Positions 1 through 10,094 of a DNA stretch of 64,000 nucleotides are shown piece by piece. The position numbers were made by a program, and so were the translations under genes. Numbering within the stretch: position 1 is the first letter of the stretch; each line of letters starts with the position of its first letter. The notes under the pieces were generated by a model that saw only the letters and a list, made by a program, of their open reading frames with translations, was not told where the DNA came from and did no database searches. Source of the DNA: an uncultured cyanobacterium (lineage in GTDB: Bacteria; Cyanobacteriota; Cyanobacteriia; PCC-9006; JAAUQQ01); assembly GCA_963718615.1 (NCBI GenBank), contig OY970368.1, forward strand, positions 5,088,001 through 5,152,000, read 5' to 3'.

Positions 1-2
1 GG

Positions 3-1064
3 GCTAGGGCAGAGGGAAAACAGGGCTGGTTCGATACGCAACGGCAAGTCGCAGTAATTGCACAAACAGTACCGGGCTGGCAACTGCTAAGTTTAGAGAA
101 ACCCCAAGAAAATCGAGTTGCAGCTTGGTTTAACGATGCCGATCAAGTTCAAAAAAGAGGATTTCTGGACCATCAGGGACGGGTAGCGATCGCTCCTCAA
201 TTTGAGGCCACAGGTGATTTTTCAGAAGACCTAGCTTGGGTACAGAAAAACGGAAAAGTTGGGTTTATCGACTCCACAGGACAGGTTGTAATTCCGCTGA
301 AGTTTGATCAAGCTCAGCCCTTTCAAGAAAATTTAGCGGCGGTTCGTCTCGATGATAAATGGGGCTTTATCGATCGCCAGGGCAGCTTGATTATCCCCGC
401 TCAATTTTATCAAGTTGCTCCCTTCTCGGAAGGGCTGGCTCGGATTGAAGCCACCCCCGTAGTGCCATTTACGCCCAGTAAATTTGGCTTTATCAACCGC
501 ACGGGTCAGACGGTGATTGAACCCCAATTTAGCGGGGCAGAATCGTTCTCCTCAGGATTGGCCTATGTCAGCTCTAATCCAAACGATAGTCTCAGTTTTC
601 AGGAAAAGTACTATATCACCCCCACGGGGCAGAGGGTACTGCAAGATCTTTCAGGTGCCGAAGCAAGCTTCTCCGAAGGACTGGTCGCCCGAAGAGTGGA
701 GAGACATGAAGATCCACTGCAACCAGTTAAGGTGGAATATGGCTATGCGAATCCCCAAGGTCAATGGGTGATTTCGCCCCAAATGCTGGTTAGCCAATCA
801 GGGCTCACCTCGATGCAGCAGGCTGGCCCGTTTCAATCGGGATTTGCGGTAATTAAAAGCGGCGATCGCTTTGGCATCATCAACCGCCAGGGCAAGCTTG
901 TAGCTCCGCCCATTTTCTCCTGGATCGATGGCATCGAAAATGGCTATGCCTACGTCAATTATGGTGGACGGATGGTGAGTTACATCGGTGGATACGATAG
1001 CTCAGCCACCCCTTTTTCAGAGCAAGCATTTCGGGGTGGCCGTTGGGGATACATCAAACTTTGA
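3..1064 (+). CDS. WG-repeat (KWG Leptospira-type) protein, 5' truncated by the window edge
   Basis: The frame is open from position 3, upstream of the listed 387 start. It repeats motifs such as GFID.QG.V.IP.QF..A..FSEGLA.V and ends RWGYIKL. Confidence 0.85.
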   Translation, partial: ARAEGKQGWFDTQRQVAVIAQTVPGWQLLSLEKPQENRVAAWFNDADQVQKRGFLDHQGRVAIAPQFEATGDFSEDLAWVQKNGKVGFIDSTGQVVIPLKFDQAQPFQENLAAVRLDDKWGFIDRQGSLIIPAQFYQVAPFSEGLARIEATPVVPFTPSKFGFINRTGQTVIEPQFSGAESFSSGLAYVSSNPNDSLSFQEKYYITPTGQRVLQDLSGAEASFSEGLVARRVERHEDPLQPVKVEYGYANPQGQWVISPQMLVSQSGLTSMQQAGPFQSGFAVIKSGDRFGIINRQGKLVAPPIFSWIDGIENGYAYVNYGGRMVSYIGGYDSSATPFSEQAFRGGRWGYIKL

Positions 1065-1092
1065 GAGGCGATCGCCTCTCTTCTCTCCAGAT

Positions 1093-3327
1093 TCAGTTGC
1101 TCAAGCAAGCCAAACGCTGGAGCGTTGCCTCCCGGTCTTGGCGGTTGGGCAGCATTTGAGCCGCCTGCTTGGCTTTGGCACTATTGCCGAGGCGCAGATA
1201 GCCATTGATTAAGGATTGCCACCAGCGCGATCTATCATCATCAGCAACATTGACATTGGGCAGGGCGGCAAGGGCACGGTCGTACCAGGCGATCGCCTTC
1301 TCCGGCTGGTCCCGCAGCAGCCACTGATCCCCCAGGTAACTGAAGCGGTCTACTTGCAGCATGGGGGTCTGACTTGCGGGAACAACCCACTGTTCCATGG
1401 CGGGCAAGTCAATAGCAGCGACGCTTTGACGGAAGATCCAATCGGCAAACTCGGGGTGGTTCGTCACGGCGATCGCCTCCGCCAAGCTGAGCAACTGTTC
1501 CAGGGGCAGGGGTGACCATTGAAACATCACTTTGAACTGCTCAAAGCGCTGGTTTAAATCAGGGGTTTCGTTCAGTTTGGCAACGAGCATCTGCTGCATT
1601 TGGTTAGCGGCAGTGGTCTGACCTTGGGCGTGCAAACTAGACACCATAGATTGAACCAGAGGAACAGTGTATTCCAGTCGTTCTCGCTGGGCTAGGCCGA
1701 GCTTCGCTTTTTGCTGAAGTAGCTCTACTAAGGGAGGAACAGCAGCAGCTTGTTCGTGATCTTGAAGGGCTGTAATCAGCTGCTGGGTAGTCGCAATTGC
1801 TCTGGCATCCACGTTTTCAGTGCGTAATTCCTGCTGAAGTCGCTGGCTAAGTTCGAGCAGTTGCTGGGGCTGACCGGCCTGGGCAGCGGCGATCGCCACC
1901 CGCAATAGCCAATCATTTTGCACCTCAAACACCCCGGCATCAATGGCCCGACTCATGGGAGTCGGCACGAGTTTTTTGGCTTTGTCAAATTGCTTGGCCT
2001 TGATCGCAGCGGTAATCAGAAATTCGGCCCCTTCCGATTGCAGCTTGAGTTGCTCAATAAACCGAACCATCTCCGGTTCATAGCCCTGGGCATTGCTCAA
2101 GGCAAACATCGGCTGACTCCATTCATAGTCTCGCTGATCACCAAACCCCATACCAAAGTTAATTTTGCGGCCCTGTTCCCCAGCTGCAAGCAGTTGCTTG
2201 AAGGCAGCGCTGGCCTCCTTCGGACGGTTTTGTTGGCGGGCTTCAGCGGCGATCGCCAACCAAGCCCTCGCCCGATACTGGGGCACATTGGCTGGAATCT
2301 TGGCCGCCGCTATCGCTGCGGTGGTGACGCCCCCCGCTTGGGCAAGGCTAATGATTGCCTCAGTGGCGACATAGTCCCAGTTGTCATTGGCGCTACGCGG
2401 GGCCTGAAACTGCTGCGTAATGGTTTGGTTGAAATAAGCTTGGGCTTTTTGGGGCTGTTTCGCGGCGAGGTAGGCAGCGGCGATGCGGGCATTGTAAGCA
2501 GCCCCTTCATCTCGGGGGTTGAGGGTTTGGGCAATGGCGATCGCTTCATCAAACTGTTGCCGTTGCAAATAGCGCGCAACCAATTTGTCTGCGATGGGGC
2601 CAACATATCCCGGCCCGTTCCGAGGCAGGGCCTGCAATGTCGCTCGGACTTGATCTAAGCTGGTGGTTTCGGCCTGGGTTTGCCCCCAAGCCGCTTGGGC
2701 CTGGGCCAACCGCCACTGGGTCTCGGCACGCAGCAGAGGCTGGGTGATCCCTCCAGCAACTTTGCTGGCTTTTTCCAGGAGCGCGATCGAGGAATTAGAG
2801 CCACTGGGTTGCTGACCCAACTGCTGATAGGCATGAGCCACCGCCACGAGGGCTCGGCTCTGGGCATAGTTATAGCCAGGGGGCAGGGCTTGGGCTGAGA
2901 CAAGCAATTGATTGATGAGATAAAGGAATTGCGGTTTTTGAGCGCTGGGGATGCGATCAATTAGGGTTAGCAACGGCTGGGGATATTGAAGGTTGTCGCC
3001 GCCAAATCCAGCGAGGGTGAGGCGATCGATGGCCAGTTGGGTTTGCTTGGGATTGCCCTTGGCGGCAGTGAGCAGTTGGGCGATGCGCTTGAGCTTGGCG
3101 TCAGAGAGGGGCGATCGCGGCGGCACCTCAGCACTCAGCCAAGGAGCCAGGTCCGCCCATTGGTCATAGGCTTGCTGCTGAAGCTGGGTTTGGCAAAAGG
3201 CTGAGGGTTGGCTGACGGGTGAACTGACGGGTGAACTGACAGGCTGGGGGGCAGCTAGCAGGGATGCCGTGGGCATCACCATCACCGCCAACAAGGCAAT
3301 CACCGAAGCTGAAGATTGAGCAGTCAT
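1093..3327 (-). CDS. Secreted alpha-helical/TPR-like repeat protein (744 aa)
   Basis: N-terminal signal peptide followed by PVSS repeats; Ala/Gln/Leu-rich helical repeats such as AIAWYDRALA and LINGYLRLGNSAKAKQ. Confidence 0.65.
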   Translation of the reverse strand: MTAQSSASVIALLAVMVMPTASLLAAPQPVSSPVSSPVSQPSAFCQTQLQQQAYDQWADLAPWLSAEVPPRSPLSDAKLKRIAQLLTAAKGNPKQTQLAIDRLTLAGFGGDNLQYPQPLLTLIDRIPSAQKPQFLYLINQLLVSAQALPPGYNYAQSRALVAVAHAYQQLGQQPSGSNSSIALLEKASKVAGGITQPLLRAETQWRLAQAQAAWGQTQAETTSLDQVRATLQALPRNGPGYVGPIADKLVARYLQRQQFDEAIAIAQTLNPRDEGAAYNARIAAAYLAAKQPQKAQAYFNQTITQQFQAPRSANDNWDYVATEAIISLAQAGGVTTAAIAAAKIPANVPQYRARAWLAIAAEARQQNRPKEASAAFKQLLAAGEQGRKINFGMGFGDQRDYEWSQPMFALSNAQGYEPEMVRFIEQLKLQSEGAEFLITAAIKAKQFDKAKKLVPTPMSRAIDAGVFEVQNDWLLRVAIAAAQAGQPQQLLELSQRLQQELRTENVDARAIATTQQLITALQDHEQAAAVPPLVELLQQKAKLGLAQRERLEYTVPLVQSMVSSLHAQGQTTAANQMQQMLVAKLNETPDLNQRFEQFKVMFQWSPLPLEQLLSLAEAIAVTNHPEFADWIFRQSVAAIDLPAMEQWVVPASQTPMLQVDRFSYLGDQWLLRDQPEKAIAWYDRALAALPNVNVADDDRSRWWQSLINGYLRLGNSAKAKQAAQMLPNRQDREATLQRLACLSN

Positions 3328-3417
3328 AGGAAGCTTAGGGGGTTAGAATTTCGACCCAATCAAGTTGATTAACGGAACCTGACGTCACGGCCATGACGCC
3401 AACCCTGAAGTATAAGT

Positions 3418-5064
3418 TCAGGGAAGAGACCAGATTTGAAAGCGGCTAATACCAGCCTGTTCTTCAGATATTTTGGGCGGTATCTCGGTGAGAATAATCA
3501 GCTTCTGATTGAGGTTGAAGAGTTGCTGGGATGGAGGGCTGTCGGTTTGACCCAAGCGTCTGACTCGTACTGTCCCCTGAGCTGTGCCATCCGTGCGGTA
3601 GAGCGATCGCCCCCCAGTCGAAGCCCAAGCCAAGAAATACAGCCAGTCTCCCTGTGCCGTCAGCTCTTGAGGAGAACTGGAGTTTTGTTGCTCAGAGGGC
3701 GGGGGGCATTTGGGCCTTGGGTTCTGGGGATTTGGCGGCAGACAAGGTGAAACGATGAGCTGGGAGCCTGGTGCTAGGTCTACCACCTGTTGCGTGCCTT
3801 GAGGAGTGCCATCGCTACTCCACAGTTCCTGGCCGTCAGCACCGCCGCCGCTGAAGAACAAACGGTCTCGAAAAACCGTAAATCCTTCGACATTTCCGGT
3901 GGGGAATTGTGCCAGTTTCTGAGTCCCAGCAGGGGTTCCATCGGTGACCCAAAACTCGTAACCAGATTCCCCGAAGATTGCGCCATCTAAGGGGGTCGGA
4001 AAACTAAAAAATAAGCGATTGTTGAACACAAAAGCATTGCGTTCGGCACGGCCAGATTGCGCATGACTCAAGCGCTTTACCAGACGCGTACTGGCAGGGG
4101 TGCCTTCGGTGGCCCACAGCTCAAATCCCTGGGGCGAGTTGGCTAGGGCGAAAAAGCTGGAGCCCAGTCCTGTCAGCATTCGAGGGGCAGAACTCTCCGA
4201 GCCGGGATAGATATCCTTGAGCAACAGCGTGCCCTCAGGAGTCCCATCACTGGTCCACCATTCCCAACCCGCACTGGGCGTTTCGGCTTCGAGGTAAACG
4301 CGATCTTGCCAGGGGGTGAAGGGCTCTCCGGCGGGATTGAGCGGTTTGAGGGCGATCGCCCCAGTACCATCACTCCGCCATAGCTGGCTCATGCTCTGGG
4401 TATCGCCTAGGGCAAAGAAAAGCTGAGTGCCAGTGCTAGTCAGGCCTCCAAGAAAAAAGGTCCCTTGGGAGGGCTGATGGGGAAACCGGCCTAGAAGCTG
4501 GTTAGGGGCTGGTCTAGCACCACTATTCTGCCAGAGCTGAGTTTCGGTCGGGGTGACAATGGAAAAGACAATGTTGCCATTGAGCAAGACATTAGGTTGT
4601 ATATCCAATCGCTGACCTTGGCGGAGCGCTTGGGAGAGGGGGTCATTGGAAGCAGCAATTAACCCTGTACCTGCGGTCGTTCCATCGCTGCTCCAGAGGC
4701 GATCGCTAAGATCATTCGAGGCAGATGCATCGACCCTAAACCAAGCCCGCTGAGCCGAAGCCCCGATAAAGCCGGGCAGATTGTTTTGGGGAACGCCCAT
4801 CACCTCAGAAGGCAGCGTAATCTCTTGGACCAGGCGCGTCCCTGCCGTTGTGCCATCCGTCGCCCAAAGCGCTGACTGACCAAAGCGATTGGCTCCGCCA
4901 AGCTCTGAAGGATCGCCTGCTGCATCCTGGGTAAAAAACAGCAGTTGATTCTGCACAACCTGGGTGCTGCTGCTCAAGTCTATGGCACCAGGGAATGTAA
5001 ATTCTTTCAGCAATACAGCTCGTTGCCAAAGATCGTTATCCTCTCGGTTTAAACTGAACGACAA
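3418..5064 (-). CDS. ELWxxDGT-repeat beta-propeller protein, probably the 3' part of a frameshifted SLH fusion
   Basis: Repeats LWATDGTTAGT, LWSSDGT, EWWTSDGT, ELWATEGT, EFWVTDGT, ELWSSDGT and LYRTDGT. TTG start, no signal peptide, overlaps the SLH ORF. Confidence 0.8.
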   Translation of the reverse strand: MSFSLNREDNDLWQRAVLLKEFTFPGAIDLSSSTQVVQNQLLFFTQDAAGDPSELGGANRFGQSALWATDGTTAGTRLVQEITLPSEVMGVPQNNLPGFIGASAQRAWFRVDASASNDLSDRLWSSDGTTAGTGLIAASNDPLSQALRQGQRLDIQPNVLLNGNIVFSIVTPTETQLWQNSGARPAPNQLLGRFPHQPSQGTFFLGGLTSTGTQLFFALGDTQSMSQLWRSDGTGAIALKPLNPAGEPFTPWQDRVYLEAETPSAGWEWWTSDGTPEGTLLLKDIYPGSESSAPRMLTGLGSSFFALANSPQGFELWATEGTPASTRLVKRLSHAQSGRAERNAFVFNNRLFFSFPTPLDGAIFGESGYEFWVTDGTPAGTQKLAQFPTGNVEGFTVFRDRLFFSGGGADGQELWSSDGTPQGTQQVVDLAPGSQLIVSPCLPPNPQNPRPKCPPPSEQQNSSSPQELTAQGDWLYFLAWASTGGRSLYRTDGTAQGTVRVRRLGQTDSPPSQQLFNLNQKLIILTEIPPKISEEQAGISRFQIWSLP

Positions 5065-5743
5065 ATTGGAGGGGCACTTTATAGCGAGCTTCTAGGCTAC
5101 TGGCTCGGGCTTGGCAGAGTAGCGCCGCGACTTCGCCTCGGGCGATCGCTTGCTCTGTTCTCAACTGTCTGGGATTCGGATAATTGACGATCAAATTGGC
5201 CTCGGTGGCAGCAGCGATCGCCCCTCGGGCATAGTCAGGAATCGCAGCTTGATCCTCAAAATATCGCGTGAGCGTATCGTCGATATCGATCGCTGGGTTG
5301 AGCTTTTGCGCATTGGCGAGAACGGCGATCGCCTGAGCCTTATTCAACACCTGGTTCGGCTTAAATTGACGATTGGGATAGCCCACCAAAAAGCCCCGTT
5401 GGGTCGCGATTTGAATTGCCGAATGCGCCCAATGACTCGAAGGAACATCGGTAAACGTAAGCGCGGGTCGTACGCTGGAAGCATCGGGATAGGCTTTGAC
5501 CATCAGCGCGGCAAATTCAGCACGGGTCAAGGTTCCACCGGGCCGAAAGCCCCCATCGGGATAGCCCTGCATGATACCCTGGGCCGCCATGCCCTCAATG
5601 CAGCCCGCCGACCAGTAGCTGGCAGTATCACGAAAACGCGGCGCAGTTCCAGTTTGTTGAGCCGTAGCTCCCCAGGGGGTGAGGAGGGAAAGGGCGATCG
5701 CCAAACTCCACAAGCTTCGAGTTCTAACTTGAGTAGTCATCAT
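5036..5743 (-). CDS. S-layer homology (SLH x3) domain protein with signal peptide
   Basis: Motifs FRDTASYW..GIMQGYPDGGFRPGGTLTRAEFA, FTDVPSSHWAH..GYPNRQFKPNQ and AIPDYARGAIAAAT..IARGEVAA. Confidence 0.85.
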   Translation of the reverse strand: MMTTQVRTRSLWSLAIALSLLTPWGATAQQTGTAPRFRDTASYWSAGCIEGMAAQGIMQGYPDGGFRPGGTLTRAEFAALMVKAYPDASSVRPALTFTDVPSSHWAHSAIQIATQRGFLVGYPNRQFKPNQVLNKAQAIAVLANAQKLNPAIDIDDTLTRYFEDQAAIPDYARGAIAAATEANLIVNYPNPRQLRTEQAIARGEVAALLCQARASSLEARYKVPLQFVVQFKPRG

Positions 5744-5934
5744 AGTAAGACCATCAAACCAGTCCAAAAAATGCTTTTCATGGCCAACGATTCTAAAGTG
5801 AAGAAAGGGATATCCAAGCGTACAAGCAGAAAGAGAAGTTCGAGCTAGCGTTACTAAATTTGATACTAATTGGGGCTAAAACCTTTGCAAGACAGGCCCC
5901 AAAATCCCAAGGAATAGGGACAAAAAGACGTAAA

Positions 5935-6115
5935 AAGAGCAGCCTGCTTTCCGCATCGGAATCCTTGTTATTGAAAACCTCATCCTCCGAGAAATTTTGG
6001 GGGATAATAGACGATCTGAACCTGGGTTAGGTTGCCATCGACCAAACGCAAGCTAGCAAAGAGACCAATAGACAGATGCGCTTCTGTCTACCGATGCGGA
6101 TGGAAGCGAAGGCGA
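5935..6115 (-). ncRNA. ssrS: Probable 6S RNA (ssaA/ssrS)
   Basis: About 180 nt intergenic, with a long closing stem (TCCGCATCGG pairs with CCGATGCGGA and extends), an inner stem (CTTTGCTA/TAACAAGG), a bulge hairpin TAGACAGA-N6-TCTGTCTA and a 3' T-run. Segments GATGGCAAC..CCAGGTTCAGATCG and TTTCAATAACAAGGA resemble cyanobacterial 6S RNA as I recall it; not verified by Rfam. Confidence 0.65.
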
Positions 6116-6220
6116 TCGCCTAGACTTAAATCAAGTCAGAGACCCAGGCTAGGTGCGATCGTCCTAGGGTAATCAACTCAGTGCTTGCTATCCATCGCTT
6201 CATACTCTGGCCGAGGTCCT

Positions 6221-7480
6221 ATGCTGGCTCCCCTGCGTCGAATATTTGCTCGTTTCTTCAGAAATTCCCGCCAGGTTAATAATGAACCACTCAACAAAGT
6301 CAGTTTAATCGTTATTATCCTGATCGATTTGTTCATTCTTTTTAATACTTTTCAAGGGCTCAACGAAATTTCTCGCTGGCCGATGAGTCCTGACTTAGCC
6401 AATCCTTGCTATGGCGATTGGAACAGTTATCGTCAGGAGAAAGTTGAGAATAAAGACTTTACTATCTTGCGCAACACGCTGGAGCAACAGCCCTATGCAC
6501 CCGCGTCCACAGCAACAGGAGCACCAACAACCTTTGTACAACAGTTTCGTCGCAATGAGCAGGGACACTTGGGACAGGTTTCGGCCACTTGTTTGAACTA
6601 CGCAGCGTTGCAGGATCAGGTCACCAATTCTAAGGCGAAGGCCCTCAAGCAACAAATCGATCAAAAACAGCAGCAGGTACAACAGCTTCAAGCATCCAGC
6701 GCCCAAATCCGTGCCGAGTATGACTCGACCTTGCTCGATCAACTGGCCGGTCAATCCCCCGATCAATCGATCAATACCGTTGCTGCCTCGAAAGCCAAGC
6801 AAACCCTAGCAGACAACAACAACAAAGCCTTTACCCTCAAGCAGGAAATCAAGGCGCTGGAACAGCAAGTTCTTCAGCAACCCAATAGCATTGAATTTTT
6901 AAATTTTCTCAAAAATGAGCAGCAGTGGAATCCGCTAGAAAAAGCCTATAAACGGGCACAGTTCTGGTATCCCACGATTCAGTTGCTCTTTCAATCTGCT
7001 TTTCTCTTTCCCTTGATTGGGTTTACATTTTGGATTCATCGCACCTGTCAGCGGCGAGGCTATGGCTTAGCGGCTCTGATTAGCTGGCATTTGCTGGTGG
7101 TTTTCTTTATTCCCTTTGTTTTTAAGCTGTTTGAGCTGCTGCAATTTGGCCCTATTTTCACAGCTATCTCTAGCTTTATTTTAGGAATTTCTCAAGGGCT
7201 GATTTTTCTCGTTCGCTATGCCACAATCTTGATGATTCCCCTGCTGGGTTTTGGCTTAATCCGATTCTTTCAGCGGTTTGTTTTTAACCCCAAAATCCAG
7301 GCTGCAAGCCGAGTGCAGAAAGGCCGCTGCATTCGCTGTGCCAAACGGCTGAGCCCCCATGATCAGCATTGTCCCCACTGTGGCTATCACCAGCACACGG
7401 CCTGCCCTAGCTGCCACAAACCCACCTATAAACACCTGCCCCACTGCAAAAATTGCGGTGCGTTCCAGGGGCAATCCTAA
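6221..7480 (+). CDS. Membrane protein with coiled-coil loop and C-terminal double zinc ribbon
   Basis: N-terminal TM helix, Gln-rich coiled coil, 3-4 TM helices, then CIRC..CPHC..CPSC..CKNC. Confidence 0.75.
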   Translation: MLAPLRRIFARFFRNSRQVNNEPLNKVSLIVIILIDLFILFNTFQGLNEISRWPMSPDLANPCYGDWNSYRQEKVENKDFTILRNTLEQQPYAPASTATGAPTTFVQQFRRNEQGHLGQVSATCLNYAALQDQVTNSKAKALKQQIDQKQQQVQQLQASSAQIRAEYDSTLLDQLAGQSPDQSINTVAASKAKQTLADNNNKAFTLKQEIKALEQQVLQQPNSIEFLNFLKNEQQWNPLEKAYKRAQFWYPTIQLLFQSAFLFPLIGFTFWIHRTCQRRGYGLAALISWHLLVVFFIPFVFKLFELLQFGPIFTAISSFILGISQGLIFLVRYATILMIPLLGFGLIRFFQRFVFNPKIQAASRVQKGRCIRCAKRLSPHDQHCPHCGYHQHTACPSCHKPTYKHLPHCKNCGAFQGQS

Positions 7481-7527
7481 CGCGATGTAGATTGTAGACG
7501 GTAGATTGTGGTGATTGTTTTCCAGAG

Positions 7528-8304
7528 TTACGGATCTAGCATTGCTGTTAGCCAAGCTTGATCTGCTTCAGAAAATTGTGGGGGCGGTGGGGGTTGGCCA
7601 TAGTCGATCGCCAAATCAAAGCCCGCCCGCTCATAGGTTGTCTGTAAAACCTGCTGCAAATCCAGACTCGCCCCCTCATCCGCTGCCCGCAGCGGAATTA
7701 GCAAAGTTGGCATCCCCTCTTGCAGCCCAAACCCGTAGAAATCCGCCCCCGGTCTTTCCTCGGCACGACTGACAATCACGGAGTAAAGCGAGGGCTCCAC
7801 TGTGCCGAGCCAAGCCATGGCCCGACCAGCCCGCAACAAATCAATTTCGACCAAGTGCACCCGACTGCCGAGAACGCGTCTCCGCTTGGCTTCATAGGCC
7901 TCGCGTCCTGGACCAGCTTTCTTGTTTTTAGGGGACAGTAACTCGATGACTGTGACTACAAGTCCTGTGGCGACATCCTTAATTTCTAGATAGCTTTCTC
8001 GGACTTCTTCCGGCATGGGTAGCACGATGCGCCGAGGTTGCAAGATACTTGAACGGGTCACATTCCCCAAGGTTTCTACAGGGGGTGTTTGCAGCGAGCG
8101 AGATACGGTGACATCAGGAATACCAACGGTAACGGATTCTCCGTTCACCATTTCGTAAACGCGACGTTCCACTGCTACCCGGTACTTAGGCATCACTTGG
8201 GGGTTGAGTACGTCTGCGATCGCCACCACCAAACGACTATGAACCTCGGGCCAGAGCTGGGGATCTTCTAAGTACGGGTTCATTCCGGGGAAGGGAGAAG
8301 GCAT
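7528..8304 (-). CDS. DUF4058 family (PD-(D/E)XK-like) protein
   Basis: Signature N-terminus MPSPFPGMNPYLEDP; also VTVIELLSPKNK and HLVEIDLLRAG. Confidence 0.85.
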   Translation of the reverse strand: MPSPFPGMNPYLEDPQLWPEVHSRLVVAIADVLNPQVMPKYRVAVERRVYEMVNGESVTVGIPDVTVSRSLQTPPVETLGNVTRSSILQPRRIVLPMPEEVRESYLEIKDVATGLVVTVIELLSPKNKKAGPGREAYEAKRRRVLGSRVHLVEIDLLRAGRAMAWLGTVEPSLYSVIVSRAEERPGADFYGFGLQEGMPTLLIPLRAADEGASLDLQQVLQTTYERAGFDLAIDYGQPPPPPQFSEADQAWLTAMLDP

Positions 8305-8406
8305 GGGTAGGCTAGGGGCGATCGCTGTGTTTATCATAATGCCGGCTCACCCAACGCATGCCCTTGGTTTGGCGCGTCCCTAACAAACTCGGCAACCCAT
8401 TTGCAT

Positions 8407-9306
8407 TTAAGTAACGGTTTTCATCCAAGCGATGCACTGCTGCATTTGTTCCTGGACAGCGTCGCGATCGCCCCCATACCGCCGCCCGTGCCCCGGCAAC
8501 ACCCACTCAAATTCATAGGTGGCTAGCCGTTCCATCGACTCAATTTGCTTCTCCCAGGAGTACCAACAAAAGCGATTAAACCCAGCTAAATGCCCTAGGC
8601 GTGCAGACCAAGCCAGGTGATCTCCCGTGAACAAAAATTTGTTTTGGTACAGCAACACTGTATGGCCTTTGGTGTGGCCAGGAACGGGAATAATGGTTAA
8701 CTCAGGTTCCAGTTGCATGGGATCGGTGCCCGTGAGTTGAATTTCGACATCCTGGGTGTCTGGACCGATTTCGTCGGCGTGGAGAATGCGATCGCAAGCC
8801 ATTCCCACCGGATTCACCTGACTAAAATGCCGCTGCAACTCAGCATGGTCGGCAATGTCATCGCGATGGGTCAGATAAATATAGCGAATCCCGCCCAAGG
8901 CTTCCAGTTGCCTTACCAACGGTGCGGCAAGGCGAGGAGAATCTATCAAAATATTGCCCTCGGGTCGCTGAATCAAATAGCTGGCAGCCCCGTAGGATTT
9001 TTGCGAGTGATAGCCACAGTGATAGACATTGTCGGCAATGGGCAGGGGAAACTCGGCCTGGACGGTTTTGATGTCAGTGGGCGGGGTGACGGTGCCGATG
9101 GAAGCGGTAGGACAGGATAAAAGGGCCTGTAGGGCGGGGTGGCGATCGCCCGCGCCTTCCGGCTGATGCACCACAGCGGATTGCTCACCCAAACGCCCAA
9201 AAACTGCGGGAGCCATCCAGCGGCAGGTGTCGCAGTCGATGCAGGTGCTGTCAACGTAAAAATCCCCTTCGACATTTTCCGGGCGGCGCTGGGCAAGATG
9301 AGCCAT
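8407..9306 (-). CDS. Ferredoxin-fused metallo-beta-lactamase-fold hydrolase
   Basis: Ferredoxin motif CIDCDTC...CP; MBL motifs LTHRDDIADH, PGHTKGH, FTGDH and PGHG. Confidence 0.85.
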   Translation of the reverse strand: MAHLAQRRPENVEGDFYVDSTCIDCDTCRWMAPAVFGRLGEQSAVVHQPEGAGDRHPALQALLSCPTASIGTVTPPTDIKTVQAEFPLPIADNVYHCGYHSQKSYGAASYLIQRPEGNILIDSPRLAAPLVRQLEALGGIRYIYLTHRDDIADHAELQRHFSQVNPVGMACDRILHADEIGPDTQDVEIQLTGTDPMQLEPELTIIPVPGHTKGHTVLLYQNKFLFTGDHLAWSARLGHLAGFNRFCWYSWEKQIESMERLATYEFEWVLPGHGRRYGGDRDAVQEQMQQCIAWMKTVT

Positions 9307-9432
9307 GATTCTGATTCCGCAACTCAATACCTTAGATCATAGCCATTATGATTATGGGTTGGAGGAAGACTTCGGTAATCGTAAGATAGATTAAGTCTGG
9401 CAATTCAGTCCTGCGGACCCTGAGACGACCCT

Positions 9433-9477
9433 ATCTCTAAGATTTCCATCTCTAAGATTTCCATCTCTAAGATTTCT
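9433..9477 (+). repeat. 15-bp tandem repeat ATCTCTAAGATTTCC x3
   Basis: Read directly, just upstream of the HugZ-like gene. Confidence 0.85.
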
Positions 9478-9484
9478 ATGCCCT

Positions 9485-9997
9485 ATGTCCAAATTTGAAG
9501 ACGCCGTTGCGACCTACCAAACCTTTGCGGAAGGCTTTCAGAGCCTCATGCTCAGTACCGTCAGCGCCGACGGCATGCCCAATGCCAGCTATGCGCCCTT
9601 CGTTAAAGATGAGGCCAATCATTTTTACATTTTCGTCAGCGGCCTTTCGACCCACACTCAAAACCTTCACACCGTACCCAAAGCCAGCATTTTGCTAATC
9701 GAAGACGAACAGAATACGGCCCAGATTTTTGCGCGGCGACGGCTGACGTTAGATTGTGAAGCGACTTTGCTGGAACGGGAAATGGATGGCCAGGAAACAG
9801 AAGCTTGGGCGGCGATCGCCAATCAGTTTCAAGCCCGTTTTGGTCCCATGATCGAAATGCTGCGCGGCTTATCAGATTTTCGCATTTTCCAGTTGCGACC
9901 CTTTGCGGGACGCTTTGTTCTTGGGTTTGGCGCTGCCTACGCGGTAGATCCCAATCGTCTAAACCAACTCTTGCCCCTGCAAGCCGAACAGAATTAG
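9485..9997 (+). CDS. HugZ/HutZ-like pyridoxamine 5'-phosphate oxidase family (heme utilisation) protein
   Basis: SLMLSTVSADGMPNASYAPF, YIFVSGLSTHTQNL, FARRRL and DFRIFQLRP..GRFVLGFGAAY. Confidence 0.85.
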   Translation: MSKFEDAVATYQTFAEGFQSLMLSTVSADGMPNASYAPFVKDEANHFYIFVSGLSTHTQNLHTVPKASILLIEDEQNTAQIFARRRLTLDCEATLLEREMDGQETEAWAAIANQFQARFGPMIEMLRGLSDFRIFQLRPFAGRFVLGFGAAYAVDPNRLNQLLPLQAEQN

Positions 9998-10036
9998 CCA
10001 AAATGCAAAAACCCAACTGAATGGGCAGGGCCAAAT

Positions 10037-10072
10037 CCAAGAAAACCGAAGCAATTCGCTCGGCTTTCTTGG
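10037..10072. terminator. Hairpin between convergent genes (putative terminator)
   Basis: CCAAGAAAACCGA...TCGGCTTTCTTGG inverted repeat. Confidence 0.6.
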
Positions 10073-10094
10073 CTTCAATGCTTTACAACTGCGA

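Noticed and set aside
9433-9477. Short direct repeats here and at 12570, 22355, 49837 and 61402 as possible CRISPR arrays
   Set aside because: Units are 12-18 bp, directly adjacent with no unique spacers, and no cas genes are present.
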